NCBI GenBank assembly: GCA_000934665.2
Contig: KZ538268.1
Coordinates: forward strand, 1-64,000
Length of the DNA stretch: 64,000 bases
Direction of reading: 5' to 3'
Origin: Catajapyx aquilonaris
Lineage: Eukaryota
Shown: in pieces, positions 1 through 12,027 of the stretch
Position numbering within the stretch: the first letter of the stretch is position 1
How the letters are laid out: each line of letters opens with the position of its first letter
The notes under the pieces: generated by a model
Database searches by the model: none
What the model saw: the letters and a program-made list of their open reading frames with translations, nothing else
What the model was told of the DNA's origin: nothing
Position numbers and translations under genes: made by a program

Positions 1-113
1 AGGTCAGAGACCCTCCCGACGCAGGTGAAAGGAAGTTCCCCAGGCGGGGATCCAACCGGAGGCCTTTCACTCAGCAAGCCGAGACGTTACCATCTCGGCC
101 ACCACACCTCCCC
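1..113 (-). mobile_element. tRNA-derived SINE, family B, 5' part (cut by the window edge)
   Basis: Clearly similar to the copy at 46500-46618; A-box-like TGGCCGAGATGG and degenerate B-box GGTTGGATCC on the minus strand. Confidence 0.7.
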
Positions 114-282
114 CAAAATGGCTAAATTATGGAAATTTTTCCCCAATCTCTCTAATTAATTAAATTGTCAAATTAGAAGAAATAGTCATCACTGACTGTA
201 CCAACTGTGTCTATTCAGGTAATTAATTAGTACTTTGTGCCAAAACAGGACAACAGAGCCCAAAAGATATCTTCAGTTGAGG

Positions 283-580
283 CAGCCCCCTGCAACTCCT
301 ATGATACGGTAGTTTAATTACAGAGCCCTGAAATTTGGCGCTGGCGTCGCTCACTAGGGCATTGGGGTTGAGCTGGATGCCAGGTTCACTCATGTGGCTG
401 TGCGCCAATCTGCAACATAGCGCTGAGGGTGCTGTACTGAGTGAGTATTGACTGTTTGGGTTGGTTCCAAAGGCGCCGCTCGAATTCGACTGGCAGCCCG
501 ATTCCCCCATGAGCGATGCCAGCGGAGCATCCGTAATTAACAGCCTTCCCCATAAGGCTACATAGGGAGTTGCAGGAGAC
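283..580. mobile_element. Degenerate inverted-repeat element (old MITE?)
   Basis: Imperfect inverted arms: cctgcaactcctatg...ttaattac...cgctggcgtcgctca versus tgagcgatgccagcg...gtaattaa...catagggagttgcagg. No clear TSD. Confidence 0.35.
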
Positions 581-889
581 TGAGTTGAGGTGACATAAAA
601 CACAATCCTGTCCGTGGCAAGTCTGTGTGTCCACTAATGCAGGTAACTCCTGCTAGTCTCCCCAGTTAGCACCAATCCTGTAATCATGCCATAACTGGTT
701 ATGTTGCATTGGCTTAAGGAAGAAAACCAAGAGGGAAAGACCAGGTCTGACAACAAGTATGAGGTGGTTTCACATGTGTTGTTACATACCCTTATGATAT
801 CCCTCCCACACTATGCTGGCCTACTGACAGGTGAGGAAAACTTGCTTGGAAACCATTTTTCTCATAAAAGTCCAGCCAAAGATACTCAC

Positions 890-3800
890 CGATTCTCCTG
901 CAAGGTCAGCTACTGCCTGCAGCCCTTGCTGCTTAATATGCTCCTGTACTTCTTCAATAAGTGTCACTAACTTCCCCTGCAAGGGGCGGAGAAGGGTGTA
1001 CAAGTTCCGCAAGTCGTGGTAGCTCTCATTCTTCACTAGGGTGTGGCACTCCCCATTCAGCTGCTCCAGGCGGTCACCAACAAATCGCTGCTGAAACTCC
1101 AGGGTCACCTTGCTAAATGATCTGTGAATGTCAAAAGAGAGCATATTTATTTTGTAGAAATCCATAGCATACAGATGTGGTTATTATTGCACACAACGTG
1201 ATGAGAATAGCGTGGCAGTTACGTGACACAAACAATCCTCACTTCCGACTCCCCAGGACTTATACACACAGAACACACTGCTTTAGAACTTCATCACCTA
1301 CAGGGGTTGGACAGAATAATGGGCCCCCCTGCAAATTTCATGTCTGTTTTATTCATCTGCTTTATTAGAAAACTGGAAAGGTTACCAACATTGCTTTTAC
1401 GAATAGTTTTGAAGCTACGAGTATATCGATGTACATTTGTCGACGTATGCAGATGATGCAAAAATCACGAGAAGGGGAGAAAAACAAAAGACGAACGATA
1501 CCCCCCTTACCCCATAATATACCAGCGTCCCACCTTTTTCATTTAAAAACGAAAACAGTTACAGATATGAACTTTAGTGGGTTTTGAAGCTATCGAAGTC
1601 ACTTTGTGACGTATACAGATGAACCAAAATTACTGACAGGGGGAGGGGAAAAAATGGGAATGACACCCCACCTCCCTGGCACTGATTGAATGCAAACAAT
1701 GGAAAATTTTCGTCCCGCCAAATATGGTAGTGGTAAGTTAGTAGTAACCAGCAGTGGGGCGAAAATTCAACCCAAACTTACCACGCATTATTTTGTTGAA
1801 CATCTTCTCAGATTTAGTGCCGGGAAGGGGGAGGGGGAGGGGTGGAGGTGTCATTTCTATTCTCTCTCTCTCTCTCTCNNNNNNNNTCCCCATCCACACC
1901 CCCCCCCACCCCCAATCAATAGAGCTTCAAAACTAGATAAAAGTCACCGTTGTAACTTTTCCAGTTTTGGAATAAAACTGACACGAAGTTTCAACTGCAT
2001 TTCGCAGGGGGCCCTATTATTCTGTCCAACCCCTATACATTCACTCTACTTTCTTAAAATTCTGACTTAGGCCAACCCCCAAAGACGTTGACATTTATAG
2101 ACCGCTTTAAAACCCCCTGCCACCAGCACTAACACACTGAAGTTGAAGAAACCTTTGGCCACCATGACAGTTCCAGTAAGAAAAGCGTAATCTGAATGTT
2201 TCTTTCTTGTACTTGGCAGAATTTCAGGCTGTTGGTAGTGATGTAGAAAGGCCACAATGCAGGCATTACAATATTATGCTACTACGATTCTGTGCTATCA
2301 AAATTCATTTGCATGATAGTGAATGTAAGTTAGAACTTTAATAAAAAATTGGAATGTAAACTAAGACATGTGCCCATCATCTATCAATCTGTGCACTCAC
2401 CCAGCATGTAGGAACTTCCGACACCTGACCTGTTCCTCTTCAAGCTTCTGCAGCACTCTGTCCATGTACTGAGATACTGTGCAGTCTTGGAAGAGTCGAG
2501 CAGATTCATGCCTGTAGAACTTCCCACTGGCCTCCAAGAAGGGAGCTTCAAACACTTCTTCATAGAGTTGGATAGCCTGCTTCTTCTTATATTCTTCTAC
2601 CCGAACAAGGGACAGGATCACTCCTTGCACAACGGATGGAGTCTGTGCCATCCCTTCCCCTTTTCGGTCAAGTTCAATGGCATCTAAAAGTTGGGTTAGC
2701 AACTGGGCCTGGAGTGGGCGTACCATGTGTGTTTTCCAAATCTCCAGGCCTGGAAAATAAAAAAGGTATTATCATCATTAGCCCAAAATCCGTACAAGCA
2801 GACGGCCAGACATACCCAGTTCGCCAATCTCCTTCATTTGCTCAGCTTGGTCACTGTTGAATGAACCATACGTAACCTCTGCATCGCTCAGCTTCTGTTT
2901 CTTAATGTGCTGTTGGTTAAGGTAACTGAGGGAGACATAAGAACTCATTATATACTTAAAAAATACTACTGTATTTCATGCATATTTCAAATGAAAAAGT
3001 GCTAGGCAATTTTGACATTTGAAATCATGCACTAAATTATGCCCACTTAATATTTCCGAACTTCTACTTGGCTAAAATTAAAAATTAAAAAAGAAAATAT
3101 GAATCACAAAATTACACACACGTTATACACATAAATAACACATAATAATACATGGCGAACAGGTTGAGGTAATGTCTAAAACCATGTAGGCCCTATTCCA
3201 CTACATAAAAACATTCCAATAAAAATGGAAACAGGTCGAACACAAATAGACATATTGCACAATATTCCTTTGCCCCTTGCTTGCACACGTGGGAGCTAAT
3301 TTAACACTCTGGCTCAAATCCAGACCTCCAGAGCAAAATGTGCATGTCATTGCCTGCCATGTACACAATGATAAATCCCCAGCTTTGAATTGCTCTATTC
3401 AAGACTACAAACTACATCAATGCTCATGTGGAGCACTAAAAAAAATACCAAATAGTTCCCAGGCAAGAAAGTCATAAAATCTGATTATTTTGACACATTT
3501 TACTGCATACCCTAAACAGTTATATCAAGAATAACAGGCCTACATTTCCTTTCATTTCATCTTGTTGCATTGTCTAAGATCTGTACTGAATATACATATG
3601 ACTCACCATTTAAGGCCATTGCACCACTTGTGATAATTTCGTATGAGAGACTTGCGCAACTAAATGTCACAATTGAGGTGCAAAATGATGTCAATAACAC
3701 TTAGTAATGCGCATTTAATTGTTAAAATTAACGATACACAATTTGGTATCAATGCATTTCCAATTATCACATATTGAGACCAGTACAATTAATGACTGTC

Positions 3801-4888
3801 ACTGTGCTAATAATGATGATAATGATGATGACGATCATTATTGCGATCATTCAAGATGGAATACTAAGGTCACATACCACTTCCAACACAGATTATCCCA
3901 TCACACACTCTAGGTTAGCTGAATTTACCAATCATAAATACAGGGTGTCCACAATGAACCTCCCTAGTTTCAATGCACGGTAAAAAATAAAAATCTGGAG
4001 GTATTTAAAGTGTTTGTTGTTTAAACAGTCTGGAGTCTCAACAAGTTTCATACTGAATTTTTGGAATGGTCTGTGTGATGTGGTGGTGCTCCTGTGGGGG
4101 ATGTTGTTGGAAGATGCAAACAGAGGGAAAAACACAAGTTGTGTGCCGAGCTTAAGAAGATCACAGAAGTGCTGGACATGCTTAAAATTTCGACAACTAC
4201 ATGACAGAGAGTATGCAACTCAAGTGGTCAGCCCAAATAATTACGTGTCCTCCATCATCCCTGACACGACGGTGAGAACCGCGGGGGAGGGAGATTATCG
4301 GCTTAAAATAGTGATTGCTACTAAAGGAGCACACTTGGAAGGCTACTGATTTTTTACATAAACTTGATGAGTGTACCTTCACATGTGTACAATTTCGACA
4401 CCATCATCCAGTAACATGCGTAATGGTAGCTAGTTGAAACTAGGAAGATTCATTTGGACACCCTGTACTTATTGTTAGTTACTAGAATACAAGAGAACTG
4501 AAATAATTCTTTCATGCAGTAAACATTTCCCTCCATACTCTCCCATCCTAAGCAGTTCACAAACTTACAGGTAGAGCTTGTGTACATAATCAATTCCTCG
4601 GTTGTAGTCATCCCATGCAGCATTGTAGTTCTTGAGCAGCTGTGCCTCACCTCCATCTTTGACCTTCTCAAGCAGGTCTTGGACATGATCGTCCAGGAAC
4701 TTCTTTGTCTCAGAGTACAGCTTGTCAGCAAGTGACTCTGGCTGTGCTACACACAGCGAGTAGACATCACTGAACCGGTCATTCCACACCCCGCGCTTAA
4801 CTTCGCTGAGGGTTATGACAGCTGCCACCGTTTCCTTCACATCATGCCACACCAGGTCAAAGTCCACTCTCTTGGGTTTCAAACTCAT
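890..4888 (-). CDS. Cul2: Cullin-2, N-terminal part; the gene continues beyond the left edge
   Basis: Exons 4888-4569, 2925-2816, 2749-2401, 1121-890, all GT-AG and phase-consistent. MSLKPKRVDFDLVW...WNDRFSDVYSLCVAQPESLADKLY and YLNQQHIKKQKLSDAEVTYG are CUL2-type sequences. Confidence 0.93.
1301..2035. mobile_element. Tc1/mariner-type MITE in a Cul2 intron
   Basis: TIR caggggttggacagaataatgggcccc versus ggggccctattattctgtccaacccct; TA at 1299-1300 and 2036-2037; an inner inverted pair at ~1369 and ~1950. Contains the N gap 1879-1886. Confidence 0.75.
3941..4465 (+). mobile_element. Tc1/mariner-superfamily deletion derivative with a transposase C-terminal remnant
   Basis: TIR cagggtgtcc(a)caatgaacctccctagtttcaa versus ttgaaactaggaagattcatttggacaccctg; TA TSD on both sides; internal DYRLKIVIATKGAHLEGY* resembles the end of Tc1/mariner-superfamily transposases. 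Confidence 0.75.
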
Positions 4889-5299
4889 TTTGGTGCCAGA
4901 TTATCAAGTAAATAATAAAATTAAAATAACCACACCAGCTGAAAAGAAAATCACCAAATCATCAGTTGTTCAGTTGGGAAACAATAAATGCAACAGTCAT
5001 TTCAACATCTAACTTGCTCCGTACACTATCCCTTCAATTACATTACAAACTTGTTGAACAAACACAACCCCTTTACGGTTACTGCACATATGCACTTCAA
5101 AGTGAGCAAGCTACAGGTATTACAGATTCAACTCCATGCCTGCTTGCCACAAATTGCGGCTTGCGTCACTGCATTATAAAACATGTCATCCAATCAAGTG
5201 CGTTAAGCATTAAATTAACCCATCGTACGCTCTTCTTTCAATAATTATGCAACTAATAACCAGGTGTCTGCTTGAAAACGGTCAGTTTCCATCCTCTTA

Positions 5300-5950
5300 C
5301 TCTTCCCGCACCCGAACTCTTCGGTGGCCATTTAGTCATGCCACGAAATCCCATTCTTACCGCGCCCAACGATCAACACTGCCCATGCTCCCCAGTCGCA
5401 CCTGGTCAATGCGGGGTACGCATTTAAATCCTCCCCCACACCCCAACCCCGCAGTTAAACGGCATTAGCTCTGTGTTGAAGGTTACCTAATCGTGGGGAG
5501 AGGGAGCGGCAGACGGGTCCACTCCCCTGGATGGGCACAGGGCGGGTTGCGGCCTGTGGGAGCTCGCGTGGAGCCGTGCGTGCGTGTGGCGCGTGGGGGC
5601 CAGGCGACGCTGCTGTGGCGGCGGCAGTTCCCTCTCGGCTTCAGGCAGGGGATTCGACCGCATCCGAGTCCGCCTTTCACTCGCCAGCAGACGCCATGTT
5701 GTTCTCCTGCCAGTGTTGCCAAGTCACCCGAATCAACAGGGGGAGCCAGCAGCAGCAGCAGGGAAGTCAGGAGGAGGAGGGGATGACCAAAATAAAACCC
5801 ATTTTATAGCGATTTTTTTCAAGTTTTAAGAGGATGTTGAACGGTGATAGCCGCGGGTAAAATATTGCGGATGTTAAATAAATTAAAGGAATTTTGTTCC
5901 AATATGGCGCGTAGTTTGAATTCAGGCGGGTGAAGCGCATCGGGATCATA
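5300..5950 (-). promoter_or_regulatory. CpG island and probable non-coding first exon of Cul2
   Basis: Sharp local CpG enrichment; minus-strand donor TAG|GTAACC near 5487; polypyrimidine-CAG acceptor at 4939-4941, just upstream of the Cul2 ATG. Confidence 0.55.
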
Positions 5951-6943
5951 ATTATTCACGTGCTTCTAGGAATTGCAGCATCTCATTGACCGACTTGTTT
6001 CACTTACCCAGCAAGGGTTCACACTTACACAAAGTGGCTTTCAACTACTGCATATCCACTGTTGCACAATGTTATTTACCATCATCGCATCATGCATAAG
6101 TTTGGCCCAGAGTCTGTTTTTTATCCAAGATTCTGTGCATGCCACTCTGCTCAGAGTTGCTTAAATGTATCTGAAATAGGGAGCTACCAATGTTGGAATT
6201 CTCGAGGAGTCACACTTCTGCCATAATGTGCCAATGCTCATCAGAGAAAAATAGATAAAATCACAAGCAGCAGATGTCAGTTACTCCCTAGACAAGGTAT
6301 TGTCTAAGAGTTACTCTTCTTCCATAATAAATACCTCGTGTGATCAAAACAGCAACAGTGATAGGTGAAATTCATGAGTTCAATGCAAAAATGTACTTGA
6401 AACATATGCCTAAAATTAAAACAATTTTGACACATTTACTTTGTAATCAATATATCAGAGTTAAACTAAACAACTGCGACCAAATGTGCAGACTTTGCAG
6501 GTAGGTAAGACGGCATGTTGCATTTTGTTATCAAAGGACTTCATACCAGCAGATTGGCCAGGAAAGTATCAAAGCGTGTTCATTGTTATCTTGAAGGCAC
6601 CTTGCTTGTGTGCCTTCATTATTTGCCACTTGTCCCTTTTGCACCGCCAGGTTCCTTACTCAGAAAAATTAAGACATCCACCTTGCAACATATTTTATTA
6701 GTTGCAAAAGCACTTCCCCAACAAAATGTTATCACAGCACTTATCTTTCCCCTCCCCCCAGCCTTATCTTCCACCTCAGTGTTACCCACCATTATATGTA
6801 CACTATACAATTAAGTTGGCTCAACATTTAAAAAAAAACAAGTTTGCACCATAAAATGCCACTTATGTGTCAGTCTGCACATGGAATGTCATGTGAAACA
6901 GTTCAGTCTCAAATTGGGATGATGGAACTGGCATCGCCTCCAA

Positions 6944-8327
6944 TCACGATGCCTTTTTTTGCGAGTCTTCTGCCTCTAATTTTGCCTCCCACTCTGCATC
7001 TGCTACTAACTGTCGACCAATGTTGCCAGCTGTTACACCTCCTGAGAAGCACACGAAAGGTAGCCAGGCTTGCAGAAATGTGCCTTCCTTCTCGCTCCAC
7101 CTAGTCAAGAAAAAAAGGCAAATCAGGTTAATTGTATGTCATGGTACACATGTACCCGATTCAGGTAAATCATATCATGAACGTGCCTAGGTGTATCAAG
7201 TCACGTGTGAGTCATGGCTGCAAAAACAAACTTAGAGAATTCAATTGATAAGAATATACCCTGTGTGCGCATGAAGTACAAACAATGCCTATCACCCACA
7301 ATAAAAAAGTGACTTCTCGAGGCTACCCTGTTTGATATCGCAATGTGACACAAAGTTGGACACAACTAGCTACTGCTACAATGCCCTGCATTTCCCAGCA
7401 GAGAATTTGATCAAAATATAGGGTACAAGACATGGTGAAGATCACCTCAATCCCTGCTTAAGAAATTCCTATTTACCAATATTCTGTGAACAACTTCCTT
7501 GACATGTCCCTAAGCATTATTGAGTGTTACAGTCCCCTCCCTATTTTAGCCGCATTTTAGCCTACTTATCTCATTTTGCTAAAAATTTCAGTTATAATAC
7601 ATATGTTTGACCATTGATATATTAATCCATATGCTGATTTTGGTAGCCCGTCATTTGCTGAATGCCTGTTATGTCACCTTCAGTTGTTACATTACGGCTC
7701 ATGACATGGATTTGACCATTTTGGTGTCAATTTATGAATCACCCTAGCCCTAGGCAAAGCATATCAGACTAACCTCATTATTCCAGCAGCAGCCAGTCCT
7801 TGTGCAAATATCATTGCAAGAAGGGCCAGGCCAACCCCAAGTCCCAATCCAGACCTTGACCGGTCACACAGCCACCAGAGACCAGCACCCAAAGCCATTA
7901 AAGTCAAGGTGAGCTGAATGGAGGATGGAAAATCAATCCTGGCAGAGGCATGGTTAGCCCCAGCAAAGAGAGCTACTCCTCTCAGTACATCTGCCCACTC
8001 TTTGGGGGGGCATGGTGGGGGGTGTCCTAACGAACGGTCCACATGAGGGCAGAGGATGCCCACAAGGGCAGCTGCAAGGCCAACAATGGCTGCAATCCAC
8101 CAGGCAAAGCCCTCAGCTAGGACGCCTGCGAGACCACTAGTGCTTGCGCCTGGACTGCATCCCTTGCTCTCCATGTGAAGGCTGTGGTTGCACTGCATGT
8201 TGCTAATCCTCTGCGCCAGGAGCAGCTTCTGGACCAGAGCAAAACCAGCGCCTACCACAAAGAGGACTGCTATTCGCGATGATAGCGAAGGTAGTAATGA
8301 CGTTGTCCACCTCATTTTTGTTGCCAT
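6944..8327 (-). CDS. Insig: Insulin-induced gene protein (Insig), ~236 aa
   Basis: Exons 8327-7774 and 7100-6944 (GT-AG, phase 2). Motifs EWADVLRGVALFAGANHASARIDF, QLTLTLMALGAGLWWLCDRSRSGLGLG and WLPFVCFSGGVTAGNIGRQL. Confidence 0.92.
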
Positions 8328-9130
8328 TCTGAAAAAACAAAATTGACAATTAACGCAAGAAAAATTGATTTCACCATAGTAAAAGCAAGTGTCCCAAAAT
8401 TAGCATGACAATTAATTTAGCCGAAGGACTTCTATCTAAGACTAAATGTTATCTTTTCCCTGCGGTCTCTGCATGACAATGGAACTACGTACATCTTCTA
8501 AGCTTGTACAAGGTTACCACGATGTTAAAATGGCTTTTCCCATGCTGTTTCACTTCTGAGCTGAATAAAATCTTTCTCTGAACATAATGCACCTAGGCTG
8601 AATTTCTCTCTTGAATTTCAAAAAAAAAGCAGTGGTGCTTTCCCCCAGAAAAAAGTACTGGAACCCATCTCTGTTCCTGGCTACATATCAGTTGCAATAT
8701 AATAATCATCAAGCTGCAATGTGATGTAGCAAACAAAGGTAAAAATTACTCATCCTTCAAGTTGTGCCAATAAATTACAATGCCCATACATGCCATAAAC
8801 GATGAAATATACATGCAACTGTATTTCATCAGCCACAATATTACACTTCCTCTAAAACCATTGGCAAATTAATATCTAACGATGGAAAAAATAACACTCA
8901 ATATCGCTCCCAAAAGTAGCATTATGTCATTACGCACCTCACGTATTCTTTTGGCATCATGACAGGATTTTACATGCGCCTATGTTACAATTTATATATA
9001 TTTTTTTACATTTACGCTTAAATTGTATTTAGGTCCAGTTGATGCCCTAACCTGCATCATATCTTCAAGCCAACCAGTGATGCAACTAGGACATGTCACA
9101 TTCCATGCATGTGTTGTAATGACAAGTTAC

Positions 9131-9600
9131 CTGAGCGTAATTCCCGGCAGCAATCCTTGACAGCGATGAGTGTACGGTTGGTGCGAGTTGTTATATCTGT
9201 CCCACGCAGACCAAAGACGTGTGCGCTGCGGTGAGCCACAAGAGCACGGAAATAACAACTGGGCCAAGCAAGCAACCGCCGTGTGTGGTTGGTGGGATTT
9301 CCCCTCCGTCTAGTCCCAGGCTTCAAACCAGACAGGCCCATCCGGAGAGAGGTTTTGTCGAGCCTGGCAACTCCTCCCACAGCGGGGGAGCCTCAGCTGA
9401 TCTCCTCTTCTCCCTGCCTCCGCTCGCATGATGCTGCTCTCTGCCAATCAACGGACGGCCTCCCCGCGACGTCACTACGCCTGATTTTCACTTCTTCGGG
9501 CCTCAATGTCGATTGGGGAAGGGTTCGGCCCATTCAACGCAGCCATTTTGAGTCACGGGGACTTTGGCCTCGTGCGCGCTTCCAATCTCTCGGTCAGTAT
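9131..9600 (-). promoter_or_regulatory. CpG-rich probable 5' UTR exon/promoter of Insig
   Basis: CpG-rich; donor CAG|GTAACT at 9131; CCAAT at 9443, ATTGG at 9512, CRE-like GACGTCA at 9468. Confidence 0.45.
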
Positions 9601-10091
9601 ATCATCAGCACTGAGGTATTGATAAATATGATTGTTTATTGCGGCTGCACCATGCCATTTGTTGTTGCAAAATGAGTGTTTACAGGTGCGTGTCTGCGTA
9701 TGTATGTAGGGGCAGGCGAAAGTGTACCGACCCACTAATTGACTTCATTGCTAGAGACTTGGCTAGAGAAGAATATATACACAGAGACTCAGACTGACCT
9801 GGCTGCAGTCGACATTATGAATACTGTTGGTACATGCGGGTTTTATTGATTGATGACAATAACAATAAGTTGAGAGTAATCAGCTGCGGTCATGTTTTAT
9901 CCATTGCATGGGAGTGTATCTTGAAACGAAATGGATAACAGCGTCTGTAGACTGCATCCACTTCACACGGTGATGTTATATTGGTCAATCAATTTTGCTT
10001 AGTACTTCAGAAGTAATGCAATGCTTATACGTACTCTACTGGTAATTTCACAATTAAGCTTATGTGGAGCTCTCTGACAGTGCCCCAATCA

Positions 10092-10320
10092 GCCGAAGCA
10101 GGTTGGCATAGTGGATAGGGCGTCCGACTGCTAATCGGGAGGTCCTAGGTTCGAATCCCGGGGCCGGCAACCCTGACAGTGATTTTCTGTGGTTTTCCAG
10201 GGTCTTTCTAGGATAATTCCGGGGTCGCTTCCGTATAATAGGCCACAGCCGCTTCCTTCCTTCCCTATCCTTGGAGGTTGAAAGGCAATGCTGGGCCAAC
10301 CTCCTAAATATCAATTATAA
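10092..10320 (+). mobile_element. tRNA-Ser(GCT)-derived SINE, family A, copy 1 (alternative 3' tail)
   Basis: A box TGGCATAGTGG, anticodon arm CCGA-CTGCTAA-TCGG, B box GGTTCGAATCC; 13-bp TSD AGTGCCCCAATCA at 10079-10091 and 10321-10333. Confidence 0.88.
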
Positions 10321-11690
10321 AGTGCCCCAATCATCCCTCCCAATACCAGCTCAACAAAGTACTGTACTTAGGTACTGTACAGTTTACTTATCAAGCACAA
10401 TATTATTTTGCTTAAATAATAATTTAATAAGCCTGTGCCGTCATGCGACGAGAACCTATTGTCATGCCCCGATTGATTTACCATTGCGTCTTCGCAGTGA
10501 GAAAATGCATTGCAAGCGAAGGGGAAAGCACTTCATGAGCACTTCTGCTTACGTTTGCGGCACAGTATTCCTGCAAGTTGAAACAATGCGTGGAAGGATA
10601 AGGTTCAAGTTGTCTGTGAGGCCATCATCAGCAGGAGTTCTACAACCTACATTGTTATGCTCTAAATCGCAATCTTCCATATGTGTCAAGGTTGCAATAC
10701 GGAATATCAATACTGAAGTGTTCGGACGATGATGCTACGTCAAATGCTACGAAAAACCCCAAGGATTTCGGATTTAAAGGATTCTCAACTGCAGTAGTAT
10801 ACCGCATGCAATGATCTGGAAGGGAGAGGCGGCAATTAGCCAAGAGACTTCCGCAAAAGATTACATCCACTTAATACACTAAAGATAAATTATGAAGGCC
10901 AACTAGACACAACGTGTAGGCAGTATTTAACTTATTCTCACCCTGAAATATTGTCCATATTCCACTAGCGTAATTATTTATTTTATACGCCCAGAACAAG
11001 AAATGTGGATGTTCGCTGCAATAGGTACAGGAGAAAAAAAGAGCGTTTCTCGGATTCAAGATGGCGTCCAGTGCGTATGGGGTATTATTGATAATTATAT
11101 ATTTTTTTCTTTCCCCATGTGGCCTCGAAAAGTAATGGTCCAGACGTATGCTCGCAGCATATCGTCGGCGTCAGGATCCCACGCAAACCGGGTGGCCTGA
11201 TCATCAGTCCATGGCGCGAATGGGGTGGAATGACTGGCTACCCCCTCCCTCCCCTCCATGGCCCCTGCCCTTATCTCTCTGCAGAAAACTGATATACCTG
11301 CTGCTGGGGCGTCATGTCACACCACAGCTGCATCATAGGTGGTGGCCTCATATGCATTTGTTATGTAAACAAGGCCACATTCATGCATAGCAGTCCCTAT
11401 TCTCAGCCACCCATACATGTGGGAAGTCCAATGTCCAGTGTAACACATCAATATTCTGAGGAATGTCCATACAATAGAATGTACAATAATATAGTTTTTG
11501 TAACTTTAGTGATATTCATCACATACCAGTCAGCTGTTGATCACAGACAATATGGTACTGGTAGGGGTGAGACTGGTGAGAGGATGGCCTTGACTGAACA
11601 ATACAAGGAGTCACAATTGGACTTGCCTTGAATTGTTATGTGTTACCATGTAAAACAAAGTTGCCTTGGACCAGATGCTTGGACTCAAGG

Positions 11691-12027
11691 GGGTAGTCAC
11701 TTTGGAGAGCCAGTTTGTACACCCTCACAGGTGAGCCTCGGAGTGCCGGGGTGGGCCGCAGAGAGCCAAGGAGAGCTGGGGCAAAACGTACCTTTGTTCC
11801 TCATCATTCCTCGTCATATGACGTAGTTTGCCTTCGGCGACTTCCTCAGCCCACCCCGGCCCTCTGCGGCTCTACTCAGCTCTCCGCAGCCCACACCTGC
11901 TCTCCTGGCTCACCAACATGCTCATCAGTGTGTCACCGGCTCACCCATGGTCTTACTGGTTCACCCATGCTGCAGAGAGCCGCAATGCAAGAGAGCCGGT
12001 GTACACTTTTTTGAGGAGTGACTACCC
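11691..12027. mobile_element. Possible MITE
   Basis: Terminal inverted gggtagtcact versus agtgactaccc plus an inner tgtacacc/ggtgtaca pair; no convincing TSD. Confidence 0.35.

Noticed and set aside
10092..10170. tRNA-Ser(GCT) gene (also at 28860-28936 and 62332-62400; tRNA-like heads at 46545-46618 and 40-113)
   Set aside because: No proper acceptor stem or long Ser variable arm; each continues into a shared SINE body, mostly with a tail and TSD.
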